Source: Lachnospiraceae bacterium (GTDB lineage Bacteria; Bacillota; Clostridia; Lachnospirales; Lachnospiraceae). Taken from it: 64,000 bases of DNA. The notes beneath the pieces were generated by a model, which was given only the letters and a program-made list of their open reading frames with translations, did not search any database and was not told the DNA's origin. This document shows positions 42,705 to 52,260 of the stretch, in pieces. Position 1 is the stretch's first letter; each line of letters opens with the position of its first letter. The translations under genes and the position numbers were made by a program. Where the stretch lies: assembly GCA_017453865.1 (NCBI GenBank), contig JAFTEC010000003.1, positions 7,906 to 71,905 of the forward strand, read 5' to 3'.

Positions 42705-43799
42705 CTACAGACCGTTTTTCTGTCTGTCCGCAGCTATCTTTGCGCTGATGTCCTGAACGGTGGTGGAAGGGGTGTACTCGGAATCTCCGAAGAGGAATTC
42801 ATGGAATTCGACCACATTCTGCTGGAAGTCGTCGGCAACTACCGAGCTTCCTGCCTTACCCATATTTCCCGTTACCCTTTCAAAGGGGAAGCCGCTCTGC
42901 TCTCCTATTGAATAGGTGGCTACCCTTGATGCGTACTCCACCATTTCCGCCTTTGTAAAGCTTGTGCTGCAGAGAGGGAAGATATCGTCGATAATGTCAT
43001 TCAGGGTGGAAATATCGGATGACATAGCCTTCTCGGCAACCTGGGTGAGAACCGTTCTCTGTCTCTCGGCTCTCTTGAAGTCGTCTCCCTTTGTATATCT
43101 GATACGGCAGTAGGAGGTAGCCTGTAATCCGTTTAAGGTCTGCATACCGGAATGCTCAATATTGACAATATCGCTCTGCTTGATGCCGATTGCCTCCGCA
43201 GTTCCGATCTGGTAGTCATTGAGGAAGTGAATCTCTTCCTCGGAGATATCCACCTCCACGCCGCCGAGATCATCAATGGTATCGACCAGCGCCTTGAAGC
43301 CAACGGTCACGTACTCGTCTATATCCATATCAAGGTTCATATTGAGCATCTGTATGGCCTGCTCGGGACCTCCGTTGGAATAGGCGGAGTTAGCTTTATT
43401 ATAGGTGTCGTTTCCTATATTAAGGTAGGTGTCACGGAACACGGAACAAAGCTTCACCTCTCCGGTCCGGTTATTTAAGGAAGCAACCATTATGGTATCC
43501 GTCCTTGCACCCTTGCCGAGATTTGTGTCCCGGGAGTCCACACCGAAGAGAGCGATGTTCGTATAACCGTCCATCCTCCAGTCATCGTTTTCTACATCAT
43601 CTATCTGCGCCTGTACTTCTTCATTTACCTTTGCCTTTACCACGGATTCCTTGTTTCCGGTATCCGCAAGATCCAGCCTGTAAACCACATAGAGCGCTAT
43701 CACAAGGAAAAGAACGATAAGGATCTCAATCGCGAATATCACCCGCCTCATCGTGCGCTTCTTACGCTTTCTCCTTGATTTCCTGCTGTCTGAAGCCAT
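42705..43799 (-). CDS. LCP (LytR-CpsA-Psr) family glycopolymer ligase
   Basis: Basic N-terminus plus TM, NIALFGVDSR, RTDTIM, SVFRDT, CRIR, RAERQR. Confidence 0.94.
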   Translation of the reverse strand: MASDSRKSRRKRKKRTMRRVIFAIEILIVLFLVIALYVVYRLDLADTGNKESVVKAKVNEEVQAQIDDVENDDWRMDGYTNIALFGVDSRDTNLGKGARTDTIMVASLNNRTGEVKLCSVFRDTYLNIGNDTYNKANSAYSNGGPEQAIQMLNMNLDMDIDEYVTVGFKALVDTIDDLGGVEVDISEEEIHFLNDYQIGTAEAIGIKQSDIVNIEHSGMQTLNGLQATSYCRIRYTKGDDFKRAERQRTVLTQVAEKAMSSDISTLNDIIDDIFPLCSTSFTKAEMVEYASRVATYSIGEQSGFPFERVTGNMGKAGSSVVADDFQQNVVEFHEFLFGDSEYTPSTTVQDISAKIAADRQKNGL

Positions 43800-43861
43800 T
43801 TATACTTCCTCGAAACGGTACTATCACAGCCGAACAGTCTGCCGTCAGCTATAACTTATTG

Positions 43862-43890
43862 AATATACCGCAAAGATGGGAAAATGTCAA
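43862..43890 (-). promoter_or_regulatory. Sigma-A promoter of the LCP-GT2(-glmS) unit
   Basis: Minus strand TTGACA-17 bp-TATATT. Confidence 0.7.
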
Positions 43891-43900
43891 AATCGGATGG

Positions 43901-43951
43901 GAGTCAATGGGGATAGTTCTAAGTCAACATTGGGACGGTTCTTGGTGACTC
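43901..43951. repeat. GGGACGGTTCT-type short repeat element
   Basis: Two imperfect tandem units (AGTCAA..GGGATAGTTCT / AGTCAA..GGGACGGTTCT) bounded by inverted GAGTCA...TGACTC. Confidence 0.5.
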
Positions 43952-43965
43952 CGGTTCCTTCGGAA

Positions 43966-44112
43966 TTATGTAATTTCCTGAGTTTTTGCCTGACTATTTT
44001 GATATTCCTCAAGAAGCTTTGCCCTGTATTCAGGGTCTGATGTTGCCTTTTTCACATCCTCGTCACGGTCGTTAGCAAACAGCCAGGAATTTAGGTCATT
44101 TATCCGATCCAT
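43966..44112 (-). CDS. Putative internally initiated 48-aa protein (RpnS-like antitoxin candidate)
   Basis: In-frame ATG at 44112 preceded by AGGAGG with 5-nt spacing (GTGAGGAGGAGGGCATG). Confidence 0.5.
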   Translation of the reverse strand: MDRINDLNSWLFANDRDEDVKKATSDPEYRAKLLEEYQNSQAKTQEIT

Positions 44113-44970
44113 GCCCTCCTCCTCACGCTTTCGCATGGTGTATTCGAGGTCGTAATGGGACAGCTCCTCGTCAATGAGTCTGATCTGCTCTTCTATGCTG
44201 AGCGTAAACTTCGCGGCGTCATCATACATGCTCTTTAATGCTTCATTTTCCATAGCGGCACTCCTGACATTCTCGTTGTTTGCATCCCTTAACATCGCAA
44301 GCTCCAGGAGGAGCTCGTAGTCCTCGTCCTCATTATATGTTTTACTCAAAAACTGTTCAAGGGCTTTGTCCAGCTCCACAAAGGCTATTTTCTTCTGTAC
44401 AGGAATGCTTATACCTGAGTCGCTTATGGCTGACTTGAATCTGTGTATATATCTGGGGTTACTTTTGTTTTTCAGGAATTTGGGGCTGTCCCTCATAAGG
44501 ACCACCATAACAACACCCTTGATGTTCTCATAGTTGATCTCCCCTTTTTTACGACCTTCATCCACAGCATACTGCAAAAGGAACATTCTGGAGGTATAAA
44601 GGTCATAGCGCTCATAGCTGAATTCCTGCGCTATCTGCTGTATTTCCAGAGAAGCAAACCTTTTATCCGTAAGCCAGGAAGAGAGATCGGTTATGGTCTT
44701 TTTAGCATTCTTCATTTCAAGGGGCAGTTCATTTGCCGCAGAGCCCCGGGACTTTATGGTAGGATCCTGCATAACCCTTTGCATGATAAAGTCAAACCGT
44801 TCCGGATTTGTATCTGGAGAGAAGAGATGCTTTGCCATACTGTCAAGGGTAAGGGGCGGGAGAAGCCTGCCCTCTGCGAAAGCCAGTATCCTTAGCTTTT
44901 CCTCATCAGGAATGGTGATGGATGCTGAGACTCTCTGTAAAAGTTCTTTTTTCTGATCTGATAATGACAT
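43966..44970 (-). CDS. Rpn/YhgA-like PD-(D/E)XK nuclease family protein (putative transposase annotation)
   Basis: D..AK.LF N-terminal motif, ITD...LEIQ...R..Y core, FVELDK, acidic REEEG linker, short helical C-terminal domain; RBS AAGGAG. Confidence 0.75.
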   Translation of the reverse strand: MSLSDQKKELLQRVSASITIPDEEKLRILAFAEGRLLPPLTLDSMAKHLFSPDTNPERFDFIMQRVMQDPTIKSRGSAANELPLEMKNAKKTITDLSSWLTDKRFASLEIQQIAQEFSYERYDLYTSRMFLLQYAVDEGRKKGEINYENIKGVVMVVLMRDSPKFLKNKSNPRYIHRFKSAISDSGISIPVQKKIAFVELDKALEQFLSKTYNEDEDYELLLELAMLRDANNENVRSAAMENEALKSMYDDAAKFTLSIEEQIRLIDEELSHYDLEYTMRKREEEGMDRINDLNSWLFANDRDEDVKKATSDPEYRAKLLEEYQNSQAKTQEIT

Positions 44971-45084
44971 GTGAAAGATGCTCCTTTCCGTAAGAAATGG
45001 TTAACAGGTCATAAAAATGAGATCATTGGCGAAACGCCAAGGATACGGGACGGACGAACAGGATGTTCATCCGAAAGTGAAGCT

Positions 45085-45113
45085 AATATAGCAGAAAGCA
45101 AAAAAATAATCAA
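45085..45113 (-). promoter_or_regulatory. Sigma-A promoter of the Rpn-like gene
   Basis: Minus strand TTGATT-17 bp-TATATT with extended TG. Confidence 0.6.
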
Positions 45114-45162
45114 GAGTCTGTCTTCCGGATTGTCAGTAGAGCTATTTTCTTCTTTCACGGGC

Positions 45163-45273
45163 TTGACAAATAGAAGATAATGTAGTATTTATTTCAAGGT
45201 GATTTAGTTAAAAGAAATTTAGCTAAATTATTTTTGGTTTTTGTTACCACATAATATGGTTTTTAAAACCACA
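45163..45273 (+). promoter_or_regulatory. fab operon promoter/operator region
   Basis: TTGACA at 45163; perfect palindrome AATTTAGCTAAATT 45216-45229 with a near copy upstream; direct repeat TGGTTTTTNNNACCACA at 45235 and 45257. Confidence 0.55.
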
Positions 45274-45319
45274 TGCGGCCGGAACAGGGCTGCGGAAAAC
45301 ATCTTTATTAAAAGGAGAT

Positions 45320-45559
45320 ATGAAGAATATGGAATTTGAAGAGGTAAAGAGGATAATCGTTGACACTCTCGGCTGTGATGAGGATCAGGTGACCCCCGAG
45401 GCAAACATTATGGATGATCTGGAAGCTGATTCACTGGATCTGGTTGAGCTTCATATGGCATTTGAGGAAGCACTGGATATAAAGATCCCCGATGAGACAC
45501 TTGCGAAGCTGCAGACAGTAGGGGATATCGTGGAGTATCTGAAGGAAGCAGCAGGCTGA
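45320..45559 (+). CDS. acpP: Acyl carrier protein
   Basis: Acidic 79 aa with DSLD phosphopantetheine site; start may be ATG 45329. Confidence 0.95.
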   Translation: MKNMEFEEVKRIIVDTLGCDEDQVTPEANIMDDLEADSLDLVELHMAFEEALDIKIPDETLAKLQTVGDIVEYLKEAAG

Positions 45560-45560
45560 C

Positions 45561-46433
45561 ATGGAAAAAGAAGAGCGTTCGTTAAAGACTGTCTTAATGA
45601 CAGTTACGAGAAAGCTGGCGCCTGACTATGTGAACTGTAAGTCCTGCGGAAGGCGGGCCGTTAGGAAGGTGTGGCAGGAGAATATGAATATCTGCCCCTT
45701 CTGCGGGCGTTATCAGGCAATGTCAGCAGATCAGAGGCTGGGTCTTATCTTTGATCCGGGCAGCAGACAGGACTTCAATTCCGACGCCGGGGTAAGGGAT
45801 CCACTGAATTTCCCGGGATATTCGGATAAAGCAAAAAAGCTCGAAAAAAAGACGGGATTAAAGGAATCTGCGGTTACAGCTTTTGGCCGGATAAACGGCA
45901 TAAGGGTAGTCGCGGTGGTTCTGGACACCCGCTTTTTTATGGGCAGCATGAGCAGCATAGTGGGGGAGAAGGTTACCAGGGCCGTGGAGACGGCAGACAG
46001 GGAAAGGCTTCCCCTTATTATTTTTGCGGCAAGCGGTGGTGCCAGAATGCAGGAGGGGATACATTCCCTTATGCAGATGGCGAAGACCTCATCTGCTGTG
46101 CAGGAGTTTTCGGAAAACGGAGGGCTTTATATCAGCTGTCTCACACATCCTACTACAGGCGGAGTGACGGCGAGCTTCGCGACTCTTGGAGACATTACAC
46201 TGGCGGAGCCCGGTGCGCTTATCGGCTTTGCGGGTCCGAGAGTTATAGAGCAGACCATCGGAGTCAAGCTCCCCAAGGGCTTCCAGAGAGCGGAATATCT
46301 GCATAAACACGGCTTTGTTGACAGGATAGTAAAGAGGCAGGAGCTGAAGGAAGTGCTCTACGACATCCTGAAGCTGCATGAGGATTCCCGCGGCGGCTTT
46401 GCGGAGGATATCCGGAAGGGAGGCCAGGGATGA
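45561..46433 (+). CDS. accD: Acetyl-CoA carboxylase carboxyltransferase beta
   Basis: CxxC...CxxC zinc finger, GSMS, SGGARMQEG, PTTGGVTASFA, IGFAGPRVIEQT. Confidence 0.95.
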   Translation: MEKEERSLKTVLMTVTRKLAPDYVNCKSCGRRAVRKVWQENMNICPFCGRYQAMSADQRLGLIFDPGSRQDFNSDAGVRDPLNFPGYSDKAKKLEKKTGLKESAVTAFGRINGIRVVAVVLDTRFFMGSMSSIVGEKVTRAVETADRERLPLIIFAASGGARMQEGIHSLMQMAKTSSAVQEFSENGGLYISCLTHPTTGGVTASFATLGDITLAEPGALIGFAGPRVIEQTIGVKLPKGFQRAEYLHKHGFVDRIVKRQELKEVLYDILKLHEDSRGGFAEDIRKGGQG

Positions 46434-47353
46434 TAAGAGAATCTCTTATGGAAGTCGGTCGCATCAATATGCAGATGGAGGAGCTCAGGTCAAAGGGAAG
46501 AGCAGAGGACGACCAGGAAATGCTGGATCTTTCCATGGAGAAAGCAAGGCTGCTCCGTCCCTGTGTGAACCTCACGGCGGAGGACAAGGTCTTTCTTGCG
46601 AGGAAAATAGAGAGACCGCATATAGATGACTTTATCAAGGCGCTTTTTACCGATTTCTTCGAGCAGAGGGGTGATCACCTCTATGACGACGATCCCGCGA
46701 TATACGGCGGGATAGCAAGGTTCCACGGGATCCCGGTAAGTGTGGTGGGACACCGGAAGGGACATACCGCCGAGGAAAACGTGGCATATAATTTCGGAAT
46801 GGCAAAGCCCGAAGGCTACAGAAAGGCTCTGCGGATAATGGATCAGGCAGAGAAATTCGGGCGGCCCATAATCACATTCATTGATACGCCGGGGGCTTTT
46901 CCGGGGATCGACGCGGAGGAGCATGGTCAGGGAGAGGCCATTGCCAGAAATATGGCCAGGATGAGCAGTTATCATGTGCCGGTGATATCAATTGTAACGG
47001 GAGAGGGAAGCTCCGGCGGAGCTCTTGCTCTGGGAGTTTGCAACAGACTTCTGATGCTGGAATACGCGGTTTATTCCGTTTTGAGCCCCGAAGGCTTTGC
47101 CAGCATACTCTGGAAGGATTCCTCGAGACATGCCGAAGCCTGCGAGATAATGAAGCTTACAGCGGATGACATACGGGAAGCAAATGTGGCGGATGAAGTG
47201 ATCCCCGAGCCTCTGGGTGGAGGACAGGAAAACCCGAAGCGCCTATACGGCAGCATGGATATGGCAATAGAAAAGAATCTGTCCGCACTAATGGCTATGT
47301 CACCGGGAGAACTTTTAAGGGACAGAAGAAGAAAGTTCAGGGGGATGCAGTAG
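46430..47353 (+). CDS. accA: Acetyl-CoA carboxylase carboxyltransferase alpha
   Basis: NFGMAKPEGYRKALR, IDTPGA, GEGSSGGAL, SPEGFASILW. Confidence 0.95.
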   Translation: MIRESLMEVGRINMQMEELRSKGRAEDDQEMLDLSMEKARLLRPCVNLTAEDKVFLARKIERPHIDDFIKALFTDFFEQRGDHLYDDDPAIYGGIARFHGIPVSVVGHRKGHTAEENVAYNFGMAKPEGYRKALRIMDQAEKFGRPIITFIDTPGAFPGIDAEEHGQGEAIARNMARMSSYHVPVISIVTGEGSSGGALALGVCNRLLMLEYAVYSVLSPEGFASILWKDSSRHAEACEIMKLTADDIREANVADEVIPEPLGGGQENPKRLYGSMDMAIEKNLSALMAMSPGELLRDRRRKFRGMQ

Positions 47354-47355
47354 GA

Positions 47356-48312
47356 ATGATGAAAGGAATAGAAATAATCTCTACCGGAACGGGTCTGGGA
47401 TCAAGGGTGATGACAAACGACGACTTTTCAAAGATCGTCGAGACCGATGACGAGTGGATCTACACGAGAACGGGCATCCGTTCCAGACACTTCTGTGATG
47501 AGAATGAGAATAATCTGAGCCTCGCGACGGCTGCCGCGAAGCAGGCACTGGAAAGAGCCGGTATCTCAAGGGAGGAAGTGGGCTGCGTTGTTTGTGCCAC
47601 GGTGACACCGACCTATGCGTCACCCTCCACTGCCTGTCTGCTCCAGAGGGAGCTGAAGCTTCCCGGTGACATTCCGGTCCTTGATATAAATGCCGCCTGC
47701 GCGGGCTTTATCTATGGTCTGGAGGTTGCAAGGGGACTTTTATCCTCGGGAGACAGACCTTATGGGATAGTCATCGGTGTCGAGGAGCTTTCAAAGGTCA
47801 TAGATATGACAGACCGTTCCACCTGTGTGCTTTTCGGCGACGGGGCCGGAGCCGCAGTCGTTAGAGCGGATAAGGATCTTCTTTTCGAGGACTATCTCGG
47901 CGCCAAGGGAGGTCTGGAGATATTTATCGAGGGAGTCGGCTCCGAAAAGTCAACGGTCCATATGGAAGGCAGGGAGGTCTTCAGGTTTGCTGTCTCCGCA
48001 ATACCAAAGGTTATAAACGCGATATTTGAAAAAAGCGGCAAAACCTTGGAGGATGTGGATCACTGCATCTGCCATCAGGCGAACGCCAGGATCATTGATC
48101 ATGTGGTGAAGAAATACAAGGCACCGGAAGAAAAATTCTATAAAAATATGGAACATTTCGGAAATACCAGTGCGGCCTCGATTCCCATAGCAATGAATGA
48201 GATGTGTGAAAAAGGAATGATAAAAAAGGATGAGACTCTTTTACTGGTGGGCTTCGGAGGAGGTCTTACCATGGCGGGGGCAATGCTGAAATACCGTGGG
48301 GTAAATATATGA
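47356..48312 (+). CDS. fabH: Beta-ketoacyl-ACP synthase III
   Basis: AACAG, LFGDGAGA, HQAN, GNTSAAS (Cys-His-Asn triad). Confidence 0.95.
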   Translation: MMKGIEIISTGTGLGSRVMTNDDFSKIVETDDEWIYTRTGIRSRHFCDENENNLSLATAAAKQALERAGISREEVGCVVCATVTPTYASPSTACLLQRELKLPGDIPVLDINAACAGFIYGLEVARGLLSSGDRPYGIVIGVEELSKVIDMTDRSTCVLFGDGAGAAVVRADKDLLFEDYLGAKGGLEIFIEGVGSEKSTVHMEGREVFRFAVSAIPKVINAIFEKSGKTLEDVDHCICHQANARIIDHVVKKYKAPEEKFYKNMEHFGNTSAASIPIAMNEMCEKGMIKKDETLLLVGFGGGLTMAGAMLKYRGVNI

Positions 48313-49211
48313 AATTTCTAAATGAAATACTGGGAACAGAGTTCCCTGTGATACAGGGAGGAATGGCGAATATCGCAACGGGAAGCTTTGCGGCGGACTG
48401 TTCAAACGCCGGAGCCTTCGGACTTATCGGGGTAGGCGGAATGGATGCAGCGGGACTCCGGGAAGAGATAAGGATATGCAGGGAAAAGACAGATAAGCCT
48501 TTCGGAGTAAATATAATGCTCATGAACCCGGACGTTGATAATCTGGCAAAGACCGTTGTTGATGAGGGAATAAAGGTGGTTACCACCGGGGCCGGAAATC
48601 CGGGAAAGTATATGGATGCCTGGAAGGCTGCGGGTATTACCGTGATCCCTGTTGTGGCGGCTCCCATACTTGCAAAGCACCTCGAGGACTGTGGCGCTGA
48701 CGCGGTCATAGCAGAGGGTACGGAGAGCGGAGGCCACGTGGGAGAAATGACCACCATGACCCTTGTGCCTCAGGTTTGCGATACGGTTAAGGTTCCCGTT
48801 ATAGCAGCGGGTGGAATAGCCGACAGAAGGCAGTTCAATGCTGCGATGGCTCTGGGAGCTGTCGGTGTGCAGGTCGGAACCTGTCTTCTCGGAAGCAGGG
48901 AATGTCCGATCCATGAAAATTACAAGCAGGCAATAATAAAGGCTAAGGGGAGCGACACCATAGTAACAGGCAGAAGTGTTAACGCTCCGGTCCGGATCCT
49001 TAAGAACAAAATGGCCCGTGCCTATGTCAAGGAGGAAAAAAGAGGAGCCGGAAGGGACGAGCTTGAGAAGTTCACTCTCGGGAGTCTCAGGAAGGCGGTT
49101 TTTGACGGAGATACCGATAACGGAAGCCTTATGGCGGGCCAGACCTGCGGGCAGGTTACGGAGATCCGGTCATTAAGAGAGATATTTGAAGAGATATGCG
49201 GGGATTTTTAA
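48309..49211 (+). CDS. fabK: Enoyl-ACP reductase II
   Basis: IQGGMA, KPFGVNIM, EGTESGGHVG, AAGGIAD, GSLMAGQ; in the fab operon. Confidence 0.9.
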   Translation: MKFLNEILGTEFPVIQGGMANIATGSFAADCSNAGAFGLIGVGGMDAAGLREEIRICREKTDKPFGVNIMLMNPDVDNLAKTVVDEGIKVVTTGAGNPGKYMDAWKAAGITVIPVVAAPILAKHLEDCGADAVIAEGTESGGHVGEMTTMTLVPQVCDTVKVPVIAAGGIADRRQFNAAMALGAVGVQVGTCLLGSRECPIHENYKQAIIKAKGSDTIVTGRSVNAPVRILKNKMARAYVKEEKRGAGRDELEKFTLGSLRKAVFDGDTDNGSLMAGQTCGQVTEIRSLREIFEEICGDF

Positions 49212-49265
49212 GATCCTTCCATTAGAGACAGCCGGTAATTATAACGAAAAAGGATAAGACTTGAC

Positions 49266-50033
49266 ATGAAAGAAGAAAGAGCAGAACAGAGCGAAAAGAG
49301 ATGTGCACTTGTAACAGGAGGAAGCCGGGGCATCGGAAGAGCGGTGGCTATAGCCCTTGCAAAGGCGGGGCATCCGGTAATGATCAACTATTCCGGTAAT
49401 ATCGATGCCGCCGAGGAAGCCGCCATGCTCTGTGCAACAACGGATATGGACCTTCCGGTTTTCATAGAGCAGACGGACGTTTCTGACGAGGAAAGTGCGA
49501 TAAGGCTCGTCAAAACCGCGGAGGAGAAGCTTGGGCACCTGGATATCCTTGTAAATAACGCGGGGATAACAAGGGACGGCCTGATCCTGAATATGAAGAC
49601 CGAGGATCTTGAAGCGGTGATGAACCTGAACCTTAAAGGAACCTTTTACTGCTGCAGGGAGGCTGCGAAATTCATGATGAGACGGCGCTACGGCAGGATA
49701 ATCAATATGGCCAGCATTGTGGGCATAAGAGGAAATGCGGGACAGACCAATTATTCCGCCAGCAAGGCGGCCGTGATAGGGCTTACGAAAAGCCTCGCAA
49801 AGGAGCTGGCCAGCAGGAAGATAACGGTCAATGCCATAGCTCCGGGTTATATTGACACGGATATGACGAAAAAGATGAGTGAGAAGGCTATAGAGGCCAC
49901 CGTTAAGGCAATTCCCTTAAAAAGAGCGGGAAAACCGGAGGAGGTCGGAGCCCTGGCAGCATTCCTCGCATCGGAGGAGGCCGCGTATATCACAGGACAG
50001 GTTATTGGTGTAGACGGAGGAATGGGAGCATAA
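49266..50033 (+). CDS. fabG: 3-oxoacyl-ACP reductase
   Basis: TGGSRGIG, NNAGITRD, GQTNYSASK, VDGGM. Confidence 0.95.
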   Translation: MKEERAEQSEKRCALVTGGSRGIGRAVAIALAKAGHPVMINYSGNIDAAEEAAMLCATTDMDLPVFIEQTDVSDEESAIRLVKTAEEKLGHLDILVNNAGITRDGLILNMKTEDLEAVMNLNLKGTFYCCREAAKFMMRRRYGRIINMASIVGIRGNAGQTNYSASKAAVIGLTKSLAKELASRKITVNAIAPGYIDTDMTKKMSEKAIEATVKAIPLKRAGKPEEVGALAAFLASEEAAYITGQVIGVDGGMGA

Positions 50034-50034
50034 G

Positions 50035-51273
50035 ATGAACAGGAGAAAGGTAGTCGTAACCGGTATAGGAACCGTAAACCCCATAGGAAACAGTGCGGAG
50101 GAAAGCTGGAAGGCGATAGAAGAGGGACGGCATGGCATAGGAAGGATAAGCCGTTTCGATGTATCGGAGTTTTCGGTAAAGCTTGCGGGAGAGGTAAAGG
50201 ATCTGGATTTCGCTGGGAAATTCGGAAAGAAGGAGGAGAGAACCTGCGATCTCTTTACCCAGTACGCCCTCTATGCCGCGGAGGAGGCTTATTCAATGAG
50301 CGGTCTCGGCATCTCAAAGGAAAATCCCGATGAGAGGGCCGGAGTAATCATATCAAGCGGGATCGGAGGCATAGGTCTTACCGAAAAGGAGCATGACAGG
50401 GGACTTGAAAAGGGCTTTGAGCGGATAAATCCCCACTATATTCCAATGACCATAGCAAACATGGCGGCAGCAAGCGTAGCCATAAGGTACGGCTTCAAGG
50501 GCATGTGCTCCTGCCCCGTAACAGCCTGTGCGGGAGGAAGCAATGCGATCGGAGATGCTTTTCACAGGATAAGGGACGGCTATGAGGACGTGATGATCTG
50601 CGGCGGAACCGAGGGTGCCGTTTCACCCATTGCTTTGGGAGGTTTTGCGAGCATGAGGGCTCTCTCAAAGACGGAGGATCCTGACAGGGCAAGCATTCCC
50701 TTTGATGCGGAGCGGAGCGGCTTCGTAATGGGAGAGGGCGCCGGCATACTCATTCTGGAGGAGGAAGAGCACGCAAGATCCCGGGGAGCGAGGATACTTG
50801 CAGAGGTTGCAGGCTACGGCGCAAACTGCGACGCCTATCATGTAACTGCGCCGGATCCGGAGGGAGAAGGAGGCAGGCGCTGTATGGAGCTTGCCATAAG
50901 CGATGCAGGGATAAAGGCTGAGGATATTGACTATATCAACGCTCACGGAACATCCACACATCTTAATGATGCGGGAGAGACCAAAGCGATAAAGAAGGTT
51001 TTCGGTGAACACGCAAGGAAGCTTAAGGTTTCAAGCACGAAATCCATGACAGGACATCTTCTCGGAGGTGCCGGAGGAGTGGAAGCGGTATTCTGTGTTC
51101 AGGCTCTTAGCCACCGGTTTATACCGCCTACGGTAGGATACAAGGTTCCCGATCCCGAGTGTGATCTGGACTATGTACCCGTCAAGGGAATAAGTGCCGA
51201 TCTCAACTATGTTTTAAGCAACAGTCTGGGCTTTGGAGGACATAACGCCTGCCTTATCTTTAAGAAAGTGTGA
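50035..51273 (+). CDS. fabF: Beta-ketoacyl-ACP synthase II
   Basis: [31 protein letters not shown]. Confidence 0.96.
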   Translation: MNRRKVVVTGIGTVNPIGNSAEESWKAIEEGRHGIGRISRFDVSEFSVKLAGEVKDLDFAGKFGKKEERTCDLFTQYALYAAEEAYSMSGLGISKENPDERAGVIISSGIGGIGLTEKEHDRGLEKGFERINPHYIPMTIANMAAASVAIRYGFKGMCSCPVTACAGGSNAIGDAFHRIRDGYEDVMICGGTEGAVSPIALGGFASMRALSKTEDPDRASIPFDAERSGFVMGEGAGILILEEEEHARSRGARILAEVAGYGANCDAYHVTAPDPEGEGGRRCMELAISDAGIKAEDIDYINAHGTSTHLNDAGETKAIKKVFGEHARKLKVSSTKSMTGHLLGGAGGVEAVFCVQALSHRFIPPTVGYKVPDPECDLDYVPVKGISADLNYVLSNSLGFGGHNACLIFKKV

Positions 51274-51743
51274 ATGATGTGAGTGATGAAGCAAGAACCC
51301 CGAAAACCTTAACAGCCATGGAGATCGCGGAAATACTGCCCCACAGGTACCCTTTTGCTCTGGTGGACAGAATAGATGACTATGAACCCGGGGTCTGGGC
51401 CCGGGGAAGAAAATGCGTCACCATGAACGAGGGCTTTTTCCAGGGTCATTTCCCCGGGCACCCTGTGATGCCCGGAGTGCTTATAATAGAAGCTCTTGCA
51501 CAGACAGGAGCGGTAGCGCTGCTTTCACTTCCGGAAAACAGGGGAAAGCTGGCGCTTTTCGGCGGGATAAAAAATGCCAGATTCAAGAAGCAGGTGGAAC
51601 CCGGTGACGTTCTGGAGCTTTACTGTGAGCTTACCGAAATGAAGGGACCCGTGGGAAGCGGAAAAGCCGAAGCAAGAGTGAACGGAGCTCTGGCAGTCCG
51701 GGCAGAGCTTACATTTGCCTTAACCGGAGCGGAGGGTAAATAA
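51270..51743 (+). CDS. fabZ: 3-hydroxyacyl-ACP dehydratase
   Basis: [29 protein letters not shown]. Confidence 0.96.
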   Translation: MNDVSDEARTPKTLTAMEIAEILPHRYPFALVDRIDDYEPGVWARGRKCVTMNEGFFQGHFPGHPVMPGVLIIEALAQTGAVALLSLPENRGKLALFGGIKNARFKKQVEPGDVLELYCELTEMKGPVGSGKAEARVNGALAVRAELTFALTGAEGK

Positions 51744-51745
51744 AC

Positions 51746-52186
51746 GTGCTCAGCAAATCACTGAACGATCTGTACAGCGCCCTCCGGGTGTATTTCTATA
51801 TGCAGATCTATGCAAAATTTGAGACAAAGGAAGCGACCCTTACGGCGGTTGAGTCCTTTTCCATGGAATGCATAAAGTACCTCGGGGAACCGACGGTTTC
51901 CGAATTTGCCCATCTTATGGGCATCTCCAGCCCCAATGCGGCATACAAGGTTAACAGTCTGGTAAAAAAGGGTTATATAGAAAAGAAGCAGTCGGAAAAT
52001 GACAAGAGAGAATTCCACCTCTGTCCGACTGAAAAATATATGAAGTATTACCGCATTAGTCAGGATTATATAAATACTGTGGTTGAAAGATGCAGGAAAA
52101 GATTTTCCGAAAAGGAGCTGGAAGATCTGGATTCGATGATGCAGATAATAAGAACCGAACTGATGCCGGAAATAAATGTAACATAA
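51746..52186 (+). CDS. MarR family transcriptional regulator
   Basis: Winged HTH pattern: PTVSEFA...KVNSLVKKGYI...DKRE. Confidence 0.87.
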   Translation: MLSKSLNDLYSALRVYFYMQIYAKFETKEATLTAVESFSMECIKYLGEPTVSEFAHLMGISSPNAAYKVNSLVKKGYIEKKQSENDKREFHLCPTEKYMKYYRISQDYINTVVERCRKRFSEKELEDLDSMMQIIRTELMPEINVT

Positions 52187-52260
52187 AAAGCAGGTAAGCC
52201 CTGCAAGGATCTGTATTGAAGAAAAAACAAAAAGACCGCCGAAAGACCGGGCAGCAATGC

